From the NCBI GenBank assembly GCA_019358915.1, contig JAHHIM010000019.1, forward strand, positions 1 to 64,000: DNA of 64,000 bases. The letters run 5' to 3'. Source of the stretch: Trichormus sp. ATA11-4-KO1 (GTDB lineage: Bacteria > Cyanobacteriota > Cyanobacteriia > Cyanobacteriales > Nostocaceae). This document shows, piece after piece, positions 30,935-42,388 of this stretch. The translations under genes were made by a program, and so were the position numbers. Every line of letters begins with the position of its first letter. Positions within the stretch are counted from its first letter, which is position 1. The notes under the pieces are model-generated. The model did not search any database, was not told where the DNA came from, and worked only from the letters and a program-made list of their open reading frames with translations.

Positions 30935-31786
30935 CTAAGAATGTATTTTCACTGGCCCAGAAATAGGCTTACTCTCACCTTGGGAATTCCAACTGCGATG
31001 AGCGGCTTCCACAAACTGACTGACGCGAATCGGGTCAATTGGTTGCTCAATTTTACCGTGGCGCTTGAGGGAACTGGAAACTATGACACCATTTGCTGCC
31101 TGCATCAGTGTAGCAACGTTTTCCCAATTGCTTCCACTACCTATAAATACTGGAGTGCCATCTGCCGCACCACAAGCTAGTTCTAAGTCTTCTAGGTTAG
31201 GCGGGCTACCAGTAGCCCAGCCAGATAAAATCACGGCATCTGCCAAACCTCTTTCAATTGTGTCTTTGACAGCGACTGTGAGATTTGGGGAACTCAAAGG
31301 ACGGGCGTGCTTTACCAGTACATCAGCGAGGATTTTGACATCACAGCCTAATTCCCGCCGATAACGCAGTAATTGATGCGCTTCTCCTTCAATTAATCCT
31401 TGATCGGTTGCCATTACTCCTGTCAAAACATTGACACGGATAAATTGTGCCCGCACGCAGCTAGCGATCGCCATTGCACTTTTGCCATCATTCCGCAAAA
31501 CATTTAAGCCTATGGGCAAGGTCACCAAATTTTGTATCCTTTGGGTCACAACAGTCATGGCACTCACAACTGCTGGGTCAACCTGGTTTTTGGCAAACGG
31601 CGCGTCGAAAAAATTCTCCACAATAATGCCGTTTACCCCACCACTGGCTAAGGCTGTTGCTTCTTGTTCCGCACGGTCAATTACCGCTTTTAAGTTCCCT
31701 CCCCAACGGGGCGAGGTAGGCAGTGGCAGCAGGTGAACCACGCCAATAATCGGTGTTCGAGTTTTAAATAGCTGATATAAGTCCAC
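30935..31786 (-). CDS. btpA: Photosystem I biogenesis protein BtpA
   Basis: IIGVVHLLPLP, VENFFDAPF, NVLRND, ADVLVKHA. Confidence 0.95.
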   Translation of the reverse strand: MDLYQLFKTRTPIIGVVHLLPLPTSPRWGGNLKAVIDRAEQEATALASGGVNGIIVENFFDAPFAKNQVDPAVVSAMTVVTQRIQNLVTLPIGLNVLRNDGKSAMAIASCVRAQFIRVNVLTGVMATDQGLIEGEAHQLLRYRRELGCDVKILADVLVKHARPLSSPNLTVAVKDTIERGLADAVILSGWATGSPPNLEDLELACGAADGTPVFIGSGSNWENVATLMQAANGVIVSSSLKRHGKIEQPIDPIRVSQFVEAAHRSWNSQGESKPISGPVKIHS

Positions 31787-32504
31787 GTCTTTAATCCGCT
31801 TCGCGGGGTCTAGAGTCCACCAGTCCAGAGTCTAGAATTTGTTTGACTATTGACTATTGAACGCCAGTCACCTCAAGTCTGGGAACTTGCCTAGGGCGTT
31901 AGCTCCTCTTAACTTTTAACTAAGCTAGTCAAATGCATTTTAATCTGGTTATTTTACTGCCTCTTCCCTGAGATGGAATTTGGCGTAAAACCTCCCATAA
32001 GATATGTTAAGATAAAACCTGGCTACAAGAGGAGTTTGCCACTCACAAGATGCGGGGCAGCTTCCCGTAGTTTAGGCACCTCGCCCACGCATTGTCGTTG
32101 GCCAAGCCTGAGCGTTAGGGTAGCATTACTGCTTTAATTAGGCGTAGTCGCAAGTGCGATTTCCCTGAGGGTAGCGACTTCTCACAACAAGCCCTTTGGG
32201 CGGCTTCCCGACGGGTAAATTAACAACGCACACGCTGCGGTAATATAAAATACCAACAGGCGATTTGTTAAAAAAAATTATAAGTGTCAAAGTACCCAAA
32301 GACACTCTATTTTACCCTGGGAAATAGACTAAATAGTAGAAACATCATAACATGGCCTGAAATTATCTAGGTCACAAGACCACAGGCAGTAGCTGGCAGT
32401 GGAAGCCTGTTATTCTAGCGCTGACTATACAAGGGTGTGGATCACAAAGAGCGAAATGATCGCTTAAGTATCTGACTACAAAAAACTGAAGATTTTTTCA
32501 AAAT

Positions 32505-33830
32505 ATGGGTGAAAAGCCGACAATTGCAATTTCGCACTTGGGCTGCGAGAAAAACCGAATTGATACAGAACACATGTTAGGAATGCTTGTAGAAGCAGGC
32601 TACGGTGTAGATACAAATGAAGAATTAGCCGATTACGTTATAGTTAATACCTGTAGTTTTATCGAAGCAGCCAGGCAAGAATCTGTCAGAACTTTAGTAG
32701 AACTGGCAGAAGCCAACAAAAAAATCGTAATCACTGGCTGTATGGCACAGCACTTCCAGGAACAGTTATTGGAGGAATTGCCGGAAGCAGTAGCTTTAGT
32801 AGGTACAGGTGATTATCACAAAATTGTCAATGTAATTGAGCGGGTAGAACAAGGAGAGCGGGTAAAACAGGTTAGTTTAGAACCAACCTACATCGCCGAT
32901 GAAACTACACCACGCTACCGTACCACAACCGAGGGTGTTGCCTACCTGCGAGTGGCTGAAGGATGTGATTATCGTTGTGCATTTTGTATTATTCCTCATC
33001 TTCGAGGGAACCAGCGATCGCGTACTATTGAATCTATAGTTGCTGAAGCGGAGCAGTTAGCTAGTCAAGGGGTACAGGAAATTATTTTAATTTCCCAAAT
33101 TACCACCAATTACGGGTTAGATATTTACGGTCAGCCAAAGTTAGCCGAATTACTGCGCGCTTTGGGTCAAGTAGATGTACCGTGGATAAGAATGCATTAC
33201 GCTTATCCCACCGGGTTGACCCCAGATGTCATAGCGGCAATCAAAGAAACTCCCAATGTCTTACCTTATCTAGATTTGCCCCTACAACATTCTCATCCCG
33301 ATATTCTCCGCGCCATGAATCGTCCTTGGCAAGGGCGCGTAAATGATGGGATTATTGAACGCATCAAAACAGCCCTACCAACTGCTGTCCTTAGGACAAC
33401 ATTTATAGTTGGTTTCCCTGGAGAAACTGAAGAGCATTTTGAGCATCTACTAGAATTCGTCCACAGGCACGAATTTGATCATGTTGGTGTGTTTACCTTT
33501 TCACCAGAAGCAGGAACGCCCGCTTACAAGCTAGCCAATCAGTTGTCCCCAGAAATCATGGATGAACGCTGGCATCGATTAATGGCCCTCCATGAACCGA
33601 TTGCTGGGAAAAAAAATCAACAGGAAATCGGCAAAATCGTTGATGTCCTGATTGAACAAGAAAACCCGGAAAGTGGCAAGCTAATCGGTCGCTCAGGCAG
33701 ATTTTCTCCAGAAGTCGATGGTCAGGTCTATGTCGTTGGGGAGGCGAAGTTAGGAACCATCGTGCCAGTAGCAATCCACGGCGCTGATACATACGACCTC
33801 TACGGTCAAGTTGTCAATAGTTACACATAA
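32505..33830 (+). CDS. rimO: Ribosomal protein S12 methylthiotransferase
   Basis: [24 protein letters not shown]-terminal TRAM domain. Confidence 0.96.
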   Translation: MGEKPTIAISHLGCEKNRIDTEHMLGMLVEAGYGVDTNEELADYVIVNTCSFIEAARQESVRTLVELAEANKKIVITGCMAQHFQEQLLEELPEAVALVGTGDYHKIVNVIERVEQGERVKQVSLEPTYIADETTPRYRTTTEGVAYLRVAEGCDYRCAFCIIPHLRGNQRSRTIESIVAEAEQLASQGVQEIILISQITTNYGLDIYGQPKLAELLRALGQVDVPWIRMHYAYPTGLTPDVIAAIKETPNVLPYLDLPLQHSHPDILRAMNRPWQGRVNDGIIERIKTALPTAVLRTTFIVGFPGETEEHFEHLLEFVHRHEFDHVGVFTFSPEAGTPAYKLANQLSPEIMDERWHRLMALHEPIAGKKNQQEIGKIVDVLIEQENPESGKLIGRSGRFSPEVDGQVYVVGEAKLGTIVPVAIHGADTYDLYGQVVNSYT

Positions 33831-33978
33831 GTGGAGACAGCGCAGTGAACCAGCACTTGCCAACAAAAGTCGCGTCAAGCCCTGTAGGCACGCCACTTGC
33901 GAGAATTCTCGCGACCCAATAGCGACTGCCATTAAATTGACAAGTCCAAAACTAAAAAACAAAATCTTAGGAGAGTTA

Positions 33979-35517
33979 ATGAATCTTTCGTTTCAAGAAC
34001 TAGGTCTTTCACAAGAACGTGTTGAGCAATTAGAAAACATCGGCTTTACCACACCTACCCATATTCAAGCCCAAGCCATTCCCCAATTGCTAGCAGGTCG
34101 GGATGTCGTGGGTCAATCCCAAACAGGAACAGGCAAAACAGCAGCATTTTCACTGCCGATTTTAGAGCAACTAGATGTTAACCAGAAAGCAGTACAAGCC
34201 TTAGTTTTAGCCCCAACCCGTGAGTTAGCAATTCAAGTTCACGATGCCATTACCCAATTCGTTGGCAACGAAGGATTGCGGATTCTGGCAATTTATGGTG
34301 GTCAATCGATTGAACGCCAAATGATGCAACTCAAACGTGGTGTGCACATGGTTGTGGGTACACCAGGGCGGATGATCGACTTGCTGGATCGGGGCTGTTT
34401 AAAGCTTGATCAAGTAAAGTGGTTTGTCTTGGATGAAGCCGATGAAATGTTGAGCATGGGCTTTATTGATGATGTGATCAAAATCCTGTCTCAAGCCCCC
34501 AAAGAGCGCCAAACAGCTTTATTCTCAGCGACAATGCCACCATCAATTCGCATGATTGTCAACAAATTCTTGCGATCGCCTGTGACAGTCACCGTTGAGC
34601 AACCCAAAGCCGCTCCCAACAAAATTAATCAAGTAGCTTATCTCATTCCCCGCCACTGGACAAAAGCCAAAGCATTACAGCCGATTCTGGAAATGGAAGA
34701 TCCAGAAACAGCCTTAATCTTTGTGCGTACCAGACGTACAGCCGCAGAACTCACCAATCAACTGCAAGCAGCCGGCCACAGCGTTGATGAATACCACGGC
34801 GACTTGTCCCAACAAGCGCGGGAGCGATTATTAAATCGGTTCCGGAACCGGCAAGTGCGCTGGGTAGTAGCTACTGACATTGCGGCACGAGGGTTAGATG
34901 TGGATCAGCTATCCCACGTGATCAACTACGACTTACCTGATAGCGTAGAAACCTACGTCCACCGGATTGGTCGTACTGGTCGTGCGGGTAAGGAAGGCAC
35001 AGCTATTTCTTTAGTACAACCCTTTGAGCGGCGTAAACAACAGGCATTTGAACGCCATAACCGCCAAAGCTGGCAACTACTAACAATTCCCACACGGGCA
35101 CAAATAGAAGCGCGACACATCCTGAAATTGCAAGAACAAGTCAAAGAAGCCTTGACAGGTGAACGTCTAGCTTCCTTCTTGCCGATAGTCAGCGAACTCA
35201 TCGCAGAATATGATGCTCATGCGATCGCTGCTGCTGCGTTGCAAATCGCTTATGATCAAACCCGTCCCGCTTGGTTGCAATCAGGCGTAGATCCCCAAGA
35301 AGAAAACGTACCCACACCCAAACCCAAATTGGCCAAGCGTCGTGATGGTTCTGGTGAAAGAAGCCGTTCTTCCTGGGTCAAATCAGATAACAATGGTGGA
35401 GACGAAGAAAGACGAGGTACTCCCAAGCCCAAACTGCGGACAGGCCGTCGCGATACTTCTGTTTCACCCACAGGCCAAAAGTTAGGTTCACATTCAGCTA
35501 GAGAATCAGCTTCTTAA
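33979..35517 (+). CDS. crhR: DEAD-box RNA helicase (CrhR/CrhB type)
   Basis: QTGTGKT, PTRELA, DEADEM, SAT, HRIGRTGR. Follows rimO. GGAG upstream of the ATG at 33979. Confidence 0.9.
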   Translation: MNLSFQELGLSQERVEQLENIGFTTPTHIQAQAIPQLLAGRDVVGQSQTGTGKTAAFSLPILEQLDVNQKAVQALVLAPTRELAIQVHDAITQFVGNEGLRILAIYGGQSIERQMMQLKRGVHMVVGTPGRMIDLLDRGCLKLDQVKWFVLDEADEMLSMGFIDDVIKILSQAPKERQTALFSATMPPSIRMIVNKFLRSPVTVTVEQPKAAPNKINQVAYLIPRHWTKAKALQPILEMEDPETALIFVRTRRTAAELTNQLQAAGHSVDEYHGDLSQQARERLLNRFRNRQVRWVVATDIAARGLDVDQLSHVINYDLPDSVETYVHRIGRTGRAGKEGTAISLVQPFERRKQQAFERHNRQSWQLLTIPTRAQIEARHILKLQEQVKEALTGERLASFLPIVSELIAEYDAHAIAAAALQIAYDQTRPAWLQSGVDPQEENVPTPKPKLAKRRDGSGERSRSSWVKSDNNGGDEERRGTPKPKLRTGRRDTSVSPTGQKLGSHSARESAS

Positions 35518-35613
35518 GTGCTCCCTTGCTGAGTACTGAGTCACAGTTATGAGTTTTGAATTGAAGATGATGTTTAATTCAAAACTCGAAACTCACAACT
35601 AACACTTGAGAAT

Positions 35614-36564
35614 TTAGAACTTAAAGGAACGACTGATTTGTTCTAGTTGACTGATTTCATCGTCGCTTAATCTCCAGCCCAAAGCGCCTGCATTCTGTTT
35701 TACATGTTGGGCCGTCTTCACCCCAGCAATGGGAATTACATTTCCCTGGGCAATTAACCAATTAAGGGCTACTTGGGCAGGGGTGCGATCGTATTTTTCT
35801 CCCAGACTAGTGAGTAAAGAGATGACAGGGGCAATTTTTTGCAAACCTGCTTGACTAAATCGCGGGTCTATCTTCCTAGCACCACCAGGGGTTTCAGTCC
35901 GATCAGGTGTATACTTGCCTGTGAGTAATCCCTGAGCTAAAGGACTGTATGCCAAAATAGTCACACCCAATTCACGGGCTGTTGCTAGAATCCCGTTATT
36001 CTCAATTTGGCGCGTTAGCAAAGAGTAGCGTACTTGATTCACCGCTAAAGGTACTCCACGGGTAGCCAAGATTTGCTGTGCTTCTCGCATTTGTGTTGCT
36101 GAATAATTACTCACCCCGACAGCAGCAATGCGTCCCCGCTTCACCTCATCGGCTAGGGTATTCATCAAAGTTTCTTGACTCAAAAAAAATGCGAATGGCC
36201 AATGCACTTGATACAGTTCAATTCGCTCTACTTGTAAGCGCTTGAGGCTATCAGTTAAGGCATCAGAGACGGATTGACCTGTAAATCGCCACGGTAAAGG
36301 GCCGAATTTAGTGGCAATTTGCACAGGTTTTTGGGCTTTTTGGCTGAATTGCCCTAATAATTCCTCCGAAAGTCCAAAACCGTAAATTTCCGCAGTGTCA
36401 AAGAAATTAATACCAGCCTCTAATGCTGCTGTAAAAGCTGCCTGCAACTGTTCTGGCCCGTAGCCATCGCCATAATTCCAAAAGAGTTTATCACCCCAAG
36501 CCCAAGTTCCAAGGCAAAGGGGTGTAACAGTCGGGCCATTGTGCCCTAATGTGATAGTTTCCAC
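35614..36564 (-). CDS. Aldo/keto reductase
   Basis: LGTWAWG, FDTAEIYG, YQVHWP, GVSNY, AYSPLAQG. Confidence 0.95.
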   Translation of the reverse strand: METITLGHNGPTVTPLCLGTWAWGDKLFWNYGDGYGPEQLQAAFTAALEAGINFFDTAEIYGFGLSEELLGQFSQKAQKPVQIATKFGPLPWRFTGQSVSDALTDSLKRLQVERIELYQVHWPFAFFLSQETLMNTLADEVKRGRIAAVGVSNYSATQMREAQQILATRGVPLAVNQVRYSLLTRQIENNGILATARELGVTILAYSPLAQGLLTGKYTPDRTETPGGARKIDPRFSQAGLQKIAPVISLLTSLGEKYDRTPAQVALNWLIAQGNVIPIAGVKTAQHVKQNAGALGWRLSDDEISQLEQISRSFKF

Positions 36565-36803
36565 GTTGGCAGTATTTATTTGATTTACATTTCTTTACTT
36601 TTTTAGTGTATCTCTATAAACAAAACTGAGAAAAGTTACTAGAGAAGGGTTTAACGAGAGATTTCGTCTATCCACAGAGATATTAGATTAATCTGCCGAA
36701 AACAAGTCTCCAACTAAATGAAAATTGTCAAATTTGGGGTGGAGAAGGTTTATCTTTAGTTAAAGAGAGACTAAATCCTGTAGTGTTTCTGGTTAAAGTA
36801 GCA

Positions 36804-38246
36804 ATGGCAACTAGCAATTTTCTACCCGATCCTGAATCAGGTCAAAAGCTCAAGCCAGTCAAGCAAGTGAACCTACTCACCATGTTTCGACTGGGCTTAT
36901 TTCAGATGGGACTGAGCATGATGTCTATCTTGATTCTGGGGGTACTCAACAGAGTCATGATTCAAGAAATAGCAATTCCGGCCACGCTGGTATCGCTAGT
37001 GCTAGCACTGCCTGCATTTGTTTCACCTGCCCGGATTTGGTTTGGTCAGATGTCAGATGTCAAGCCGATGTGGGGTTATAATCGCACTGTTTATGTGTGG
37101 GTGGGAGCAGCAGTATTTGCGATCGCCTCATTTTTAGCAATACAAGTGCTGTGGCAATTGAATTTGGCAGCAAGTAACACCGATGGCTGGGTATGGACAA
37201 CTCAAACAATCGGTTGGACAGCACTTTTAACTTTAATTTTTGCCATATATGGGCTAGCAATTTGTGCTAGTGGTACTGCTTTTGCTGCTTTGTTGGTAGA
37301 TATATCCGAAGAAGAGAACCGTTCCAAAGTCGTTGGTGTTGTCTGGTCACTGCTGATGGTGGGGATTGTGGTGGGAGCAATCATCAGTTCCAGTTTACTC
37401 AGACAATTAACGCCAGAAGCACCCATAGAAAGTTTACAGACAGCAGTCAACAGGTTATTTATTATCGTTCCAGCTATTGTTTTTGGGCTATCCATCGTAG
37501 CAACATTAGGTGTAGAAAAAAAGTATTCCCATTATTCCCACCGTTCTACAAGAGAAAATCGAGACGACAGCGTTAGTCTGGGTAGGGCTTGGAAAATTTT
37601 GACCGCTAGTCGGCAAACAGGTGTGTTTTTCATCTTTTTGTTGGTGATGACCATCAGTTTATTTATGCAAGACCCTATTTTGGAACCCTATGCAGGGCAG
37701 GTGTTTGGTATGCCCCTAGCGGAAAGCACCAGATTGAATGTTTTCTACGGGATGGGTATCCTGATTGCTTACGGTGTCACTGGTTTTTACATTGTGCCGC
37801 GTTTAGGTAAACGCAGAACTGCGCGCTTAGGCTGTGTATTAGTGGCAATATGTGCATTCATGCTGGGCATATCAGGATTTACTGCTAATGTCGCTTTCCT
37901 GAAATCAAGTTTGTTCTTGTTTGGGTTAGCTACTGGCTTCTTAACTACAGCAGCAATTAGCTTGATGTTAGACCTCACAGCAGCTGAAGCCGCAGGTACT
38001 TTTATTGGGGCTTGGGGACTAGCTCAGTCAGTGTCTAGAGGAGTGGCTGTAGTCATAGGTGGTAGTGTTTTAGATATCGGTCGCAGACTACTACCAAGTT
38101 TGGAACTAGCTTATGGTATGGTATTTTTTCTAGAAGCCTTAGGCATGGTAGTGTCAATTTGGTTCCTCAACCGAGTCAACGTGACAGAATTTCAAACGAG
38201 TGCCAAACAAGCGATCGCTTCTGTTTTGGAAAGTGATTTAGATTAG
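36804..38246 (+). CDS. PucC/BCD family MFS transporter
   Basis: LNRVMIQE, MQDPILEPY, GTFIGAWG. About 12 TM segments. Confidence 0.9.
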   Translation: MATSNFLPDPESGQKLKPVKQVNLLTMFRLGLFQMGLSMMSILILGVLNRVMIQEIAIPATLVSLVLALPAFVSPARIWFGQMSDVKPMWGYNRTVYVWVGAAVFAIASFLAIQVLWQLNLAASNTDGWVWTTQTIGWTALLTLIFAIYGLAICASGTAFAALLVDISEEENRSKVVGVVWSLLMVGIVVGAIISSSLLRQLTPEAPIESLQTAVNRLFIIVPAIVFGLSIVATLGVEKKYSHYSHRSTRENRDDSVSLGRAWKILTASRQTGVFFIFLLVMTISLFMQDPILEPYAGQVFGMPLAESTRLNVFYGMGILIAYGVTGFYIVPRLGKRRTARLGCVLVAICAFMLGISGFTANVAFLKSSLFLFGLATGFLTTAAISLMLDLTAAEAAGTFIGAWGLAQSVSRGVAVVIGGSVLDIGRRLLPSLELAYGMVFFLEALGMVVSIWFLNRVNVTEFQTSAKQAIASVLESDLD

Positions 38247-38316
38247 TTATCCATACAAAAACTAAATCTAACTATCTTGTCTTGGTTCAGGAGCGCTTTT
38301 GCGCGAAAATTATTTA

Positions 38317-39123
38317 ATGAATGATTTTTGGACAACAATTCTCGACTTTGCCCAAACCACCACCACCAGAGTGGGAAAGCAACTCATGCAAGATTTTGGG
38401 CAGGTGCAGGCTTTGCAAAAAGCTGACGGTAGTTTGGTGACGCAGGCGGATAAATGGGCAGATCAGGAAATTCGGGATGCGATTGCTGCTAATTTCTCTG
38501 GTTACGGCATTTTGAGTGAAGAAAACGACCAAGTTTTTCCGGGGACAGAGTGGTGTTGGGTAATTGACCCTCTGGACGGTACAACTAACTTTACCAGGGG
38601 TATTCCCATTTGGTCGATTTCGTTGGGTTTGCTGTATAAAGGTACACCTGTTTTTGGTTATGTTTATGTACCACCACTAGCGCAAGCTTTTCACGGTTTC
38701 TGGGCAGGTTCATCTGGTTTAGCTACACCATCCGGGGCATTTCTCAATCACCACCCCATCCACACTAGTAACGATGCCCCTAGCAAAAATCACTTTTTTA
38801 ACCTTTGTTCCCGTAGCACTGCTATTATCCAAAAAGACTTTCCCTGCAAAATACGGATGTTGGGTGTAGCTAGCTATAACTTCCTGATGGTTGCGACTGG
38901 GGCAGTACTTGGTGGTATTGAAGCCACTCCGAAAGTTTGGGACTTAGCCGGGGTTTGGGTAATTGTCCAAGCTGCTGGTGGTACTTGGACATCCCTCAAG
39001 TCACGGCCGTTTCCTTTATTATCGGGGGAAGATTATAGCGATCGCTCTTTTACTACCCTTGTAGTTAGTCGCCCGGAATTGGTGACCGTATTTACGTCAT
39101 TTCTCCAAGATTTAAAAATTTAA
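38317..39123 (+). CDS. Inositol monophosphatase family protein
   Basis: SEE, WVIDPLDGTTNF, WDLAG. Confidence 0.93.
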   Translation: MNDFWTTILDFAQTTTTRVGKQLMQDFGQVQALQKADGSLVTQADKWADQEIRDAIAANFSGYGILSEENDQVFPGTEWCWVIDPLDGTTNFTRGIPIWSISLGLLYKGTPVFGYVYVPPLAQAFHGFWAGSSGLATPSGAFLNHHPIHTSNDAPSKNHFFNLCSRSTAIIQKDFPCKIRMLGVASYNFLMVATGAVLGGIEATPKVWDLAGVWVIVQAAGGTWTSLKSRPFPLLSGEDYSDRSFTTLVVSRPELVTVFTSFLQDLKI

Positions 39124-39202
39124 ATAAAAACTCAGTATGCTTACTTATTTGCAGTGTGCTGGCGCTTCCCTTACACTGGAACCCTAAGGATGAAGCAATT
39201 TT

Positions 39203-39754
39203 ATGCTGTCTAATTTAGATTTAATCAGAGAGTTTGTGCAAAACTCAATTCAAAAAAAAGAGGTTTTGTTGTCAAATCCTTTTCTGATAGCGCAAACAGT
39301 GTATAACACTAACCAAATGACAGCAAAAACCACAGGCGTGATTGCTACATATCAACTAAATAATACAATATCTGAATTCTTGATTTATGCAAAATCATCC
39401 CATTGGGAAATAATGAATCAGGCATTAGCCGAATCCAGTTATCTCCTCAAAGGAGAAATAGATAATCGTGGTTTTTATCGGTATCAATACTGCCAAGTTC
39501 CCAAAGGTTATAAAGTGCAGTGTACTAAGTCTGTCATACTATGGAGAGCTTGGTGGAAATATCGTAAAAATGCTTTAAGACCAGGAATTCCTCTCGACCT
39601 TTTGATCCAGAAACGAGATTCTTGGTATCCAATTAGAGATTTAATTATTAGTGACGGACTTTTGTATATCAAAACCTTGGGAAGTGAGATAGCAATTCAT
39701 TCAGATGATTTGGTGATTTGGCTCAGCAAAATTGAAGACAAGTGCCAAAACTAA
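39203..39754 (+). CDS. Hypothetical protein
   Basis: 183-aa ATG ORF with AAGGA upstream and a terminator at its end. Confidence 0.75.
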   Translation: MLSNLDLIREFVQNSIQKKEVLLSNPFLIAQTVYNTNQMTAKTTGVIATYQLNNTISEFLIYAKSSHWEIMNQALAESSYLLKGEIDNRGFYRYQYCQVPKGYKVQCTKSVILWRAWWKYRKNALRPGIPLDLLIQKRDSWYPIRDLIISDGLLYIKTLGSEIAIHSDDLVIWLSKIEDKCQN

Positions 39755-39778
39755 TCATCCCAAATTTGGATGATTAGT
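39750..39778. terminator. Hairpin between convergent genes
   Basis: ACTAATCATCC-N7-GGATGATTAGT. Confidence 0.75.
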
Positions 39779-39799
39779 CTCCAGGATTCAATACTTTAT

Positions 39800-40882
39800 T
39801 TAAGCTACAGTCACATCTGGTGATAAATAAACATCCTGAATAGCATGAAACAATCTTACACCTTCCTCAAACGGACGCTGGAAGGTCTTCCGTCCAGAAA
39901 TTAATCCCGTACCGCCAGCCCGTTTGTTAATCACAGCAGTGCGAACTGCTTGGGCAAAGTCATTTTTACCAGTCGCCCCACCAGAATTAATTAGTCCTGC
40001 ACGTCCACAGTAGCAATTCAGTACCTGATAACGAGTCAAATCAATCGGGTGGTCACTGGTTAATTCTGTGTAAACCCGTTCATCAGTTTTGCCATAACTT
40101 TGACCAGTTGCTTTGGCTACTGCGCCATAACCACGATTACATTCGGGTAACTTTTGTTTAATAATGTCGGCTTCAATTGTTACACCTAAATGATTTGCCT
40201 GTCCGGTAAGGTCAGCAGCAACATGATAATCTTGATCTTGTTTGAAAGCGCTGTTACGCAGATAGCACCAGAGAATTGTTACCAAACCCAGTTCATGAGC
40301 GTACTTAAAAGCTTGGCTAACTTCCTGAATTTGCCTAGCAGATTGCTCTGAACCAAAGTAAATTGTCGCGCCTACCGCCACTGCACCCAAATTCCAAGCT
40401 TGCTCGACATCAGCAAACAATATTTGGTCATATTGATTGGGAAAAGTTAGCAGTTCGTTATGGTTGATTTTGGCAATGAAAGGGATTTTGTGGGCATATT
40501 TACGCGAAACGCTACCTAATACACCTAATGTTGTGGCAACAGCATTACAACCTCCAGCTATTGCCAATCTGATGATATTTTCGGGGTCAAAATAAATAGG
40601 GTTGGGCGCAAACGATGCACCAGCTGAGTGTTCAATTCCTTGGTCTACAGGTAATATAGACAAATAGCCAGTATGTGCCAAACGACCAGCAGAGTAAAGT
40701 TGCTGGAGATTACGCAAAACTTGAGGATGGCGATCGCTATTTAACCAAACTCGATCTATAAAATCTGAGCCTGGTAAATGTAGTAAATCCCGTGAAATTT
40801 TTGCTTTGTAGGTGAGCAGATATTCTGCTTCTTTCCCTAACAATGACTCGATAGAATTAGATTCTAAGAGCGTTGTAGTCAT
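39800..40882 (-). CDS. fbaB: Class I fructose-bisphosphate aldolase
   Basis: [25 protein letters not shown]. Confidence 0.93.
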   Translation of the reverse strand: MTTTLLESNSIESLLGKEAEYLLTYKAKISRDLLHLPGSDFIDRVWLNSDRHPQVLRNLQQLYSAGRLAHTGYLSILPVDQGIEHSAGASFAPNPIYFDPENIIRLAIAGGCNAVATTLGVLGSVSRKYAHKIPFIAKINHNELLTFPNQYDQILFADVEQAWNLGAVAVGATIYFGSEQSARQIQEVSQAFKYAHELGLVTILWCYLRNSAFKQDQDYHVAADLTGQANHLGVTIEADIIKQKLPECNRGYGAVAKATGQSYGKTDERVYTELTSDHPIDLTRYQVLNCYCGRAGLINSGGATGKNDFAQAVRTAVINKRAGGTGLISGRKTFQRPFEEGVRLFHAIQDVYLSPDVTVA

Positions 40883-40960
40883 AGCAATTTCCTTAAACTT
40901 CAGCCAATGACCTTACTTCTAAGATAGCATTCTGAATGTTACTAACTTGCTAATATTTTA

Positions 40961-41050
40961 GGACTTACGCAAAATACTTCTCTAACTCTCATTCCTCCGT
41001 GTTCTCTGTGCCTCTGCGATACGATTCTTTCGTAACTTGTGCGTAAGTCC
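40961..41050. mobile_element. 90-bp MITE
   Basis: Terminal inverted repeats GGACTTACGCA / TGCGTAAGTCC, flanked by TA on both sides. Confidence 0.85.
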
Positions 41051-41092
41051 TATCTTTTTACTTCTTAGAGTTACCACTCTCGATATTATGGC

Positions 41093-41124
41093 AAAAAAAC
41101 CACAGATAAACTATCTGTGGTTTT
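41093..41124 (-). terminator. Intrinsic terminator with no adjacent upstream gene
   Basis: AAAACCACAGATA-AAC-TATCTGTGGTTTT, with a 7-U tail on the minus strand. Confidence 0.75.
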
Positions 41125-41739
41125 AAATTATAAATTAGGATTCTTGCCGTAACACTATTTTAAAGTTACCCGATATCAAGTCATATACCGAAAGATATAT
41201 CTTTGCTCTGGTGTGATTTGTTGTATTCCACAAATATTAGAATAGGTGGGAAATTTATCCTCTAAATAGCTATTTCCTAAATTATCAAATATATCTAGTA
41301 ATTCTAAATAAGTTACGAACAAAACTATCCGCGACGTCTACCCTCTAAGCTCGACTTTATCCATTTTTACGAAACCCAAAACCTGACGCTGAAACCATTG
41401 TGGAGCAGTAGTTTCACTTTTTGGGCTTGCTCGAAGATCAGTGACATGGAAAAAGTATTTGCCAAAAAGCCAGGGTTTTTGCCGGATAAGGAAAACCGAG
41501 TTCTTAATTTTGGATAAAGTCGAGGTACAAGCTAAAGTGTGAAAAGCCTTATATTTATTATATTTATAGGAGTAAAAAATATTTTACAATAATTTACAAT
41601 AATTAAATAATTTACCAAAGAAACTGGGACTAGAGGATAGGGGGATAGGGAGACAAGGGAACAAGGAGACAAAAAGTTTTCCTCATCTCCCCACTCCCCA
41701 GTTACTGAGCGCAGTCGAAGTACACTCCCCAAATCCAAA

Positions 41740-42144
41740 ATGCCTACTGTGAATTCTTCAACCCCAAAGACATTTTCCTACACACGTAGCACAATAGAAA
41801 GGGCTGAACGATCGCTTGTCTGTTCTCCCTTTAATATTGCTTTGTTTGCAGCGATGCGTCACCAGAGTGTGCCATTGGGGGCGATCGCCTTAGAAAATGG
41901 TGTTAAGCATGGCTACACTAAACGCCCTTTGTCAGAATTGGCGTGCGATAATGCTTTGGGCTGGCTGATCCAAGTCGGTGTGCTGCGGCGAGAAGTTGAC
42001 GGACAAGGAATTACGGATAGTTTTCGCCTCACTCCTCTAGGTCACCAGTTACTAGAACAATATCAGGGAAAAAATTGGCCTACTCCTTCATGGCGCGATC
42101 GCTTGTATAATGCGGTGATTTACTGGTTCAGACTACCTTTCTAG
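41740..42144 (+). CDS. Npun_F0494-like conserved cyanobacterial protein
   Basis: WLIQVGVLRREVDGQGITDSFRLTPLG signature. Lies upstream of cobQ. Confidence 0.85.
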   Translation: MPTVNSSTPKTFSYTRSTIERAERSLVCSPFNIALFAAMRHQSVPLGAIALENGVKHGYTKRPLSELACDNALGWLIQVGVLRREVDGQGITDSFRLTPLGHQLLEQYQGKNWPTPSWRDRLYNAVIYWFRLPF

Positions 42145-42388
42145 AATCAAAAACCCCAGAGTTAGGATGAGGTAGTCAACGGGAACAATATATACGGAGA
42201 ACCATCACACCTCTTAATAAAGTCTTTACCATGATCATCTAACTGATTTATGAGGTTTTGGTAAAGGTTATAGAAGAGACAATGAGGTCTATCTTGTTTC
42301 CGGGACACAGCTTCACGGCTTTCTCACTGTTGACGAGCAGATTGCCATATTACCGTTTACCCCTGACTTGAAAAATTGATAGTGACCT

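Noticed and set aside
41532..41738. 68-aa minus-strand ORF
   Set aside because: Made of STRR and small-repeat sequence plus AT-rich promoter DNA; unlikely to be coding.
42150..42388. Cobalamin riboswitch upstream of cobQ
   Set aside because: Some pairing potential exists, but I could not identify the conserved B12-box elements. An Infernal scan would be needed.
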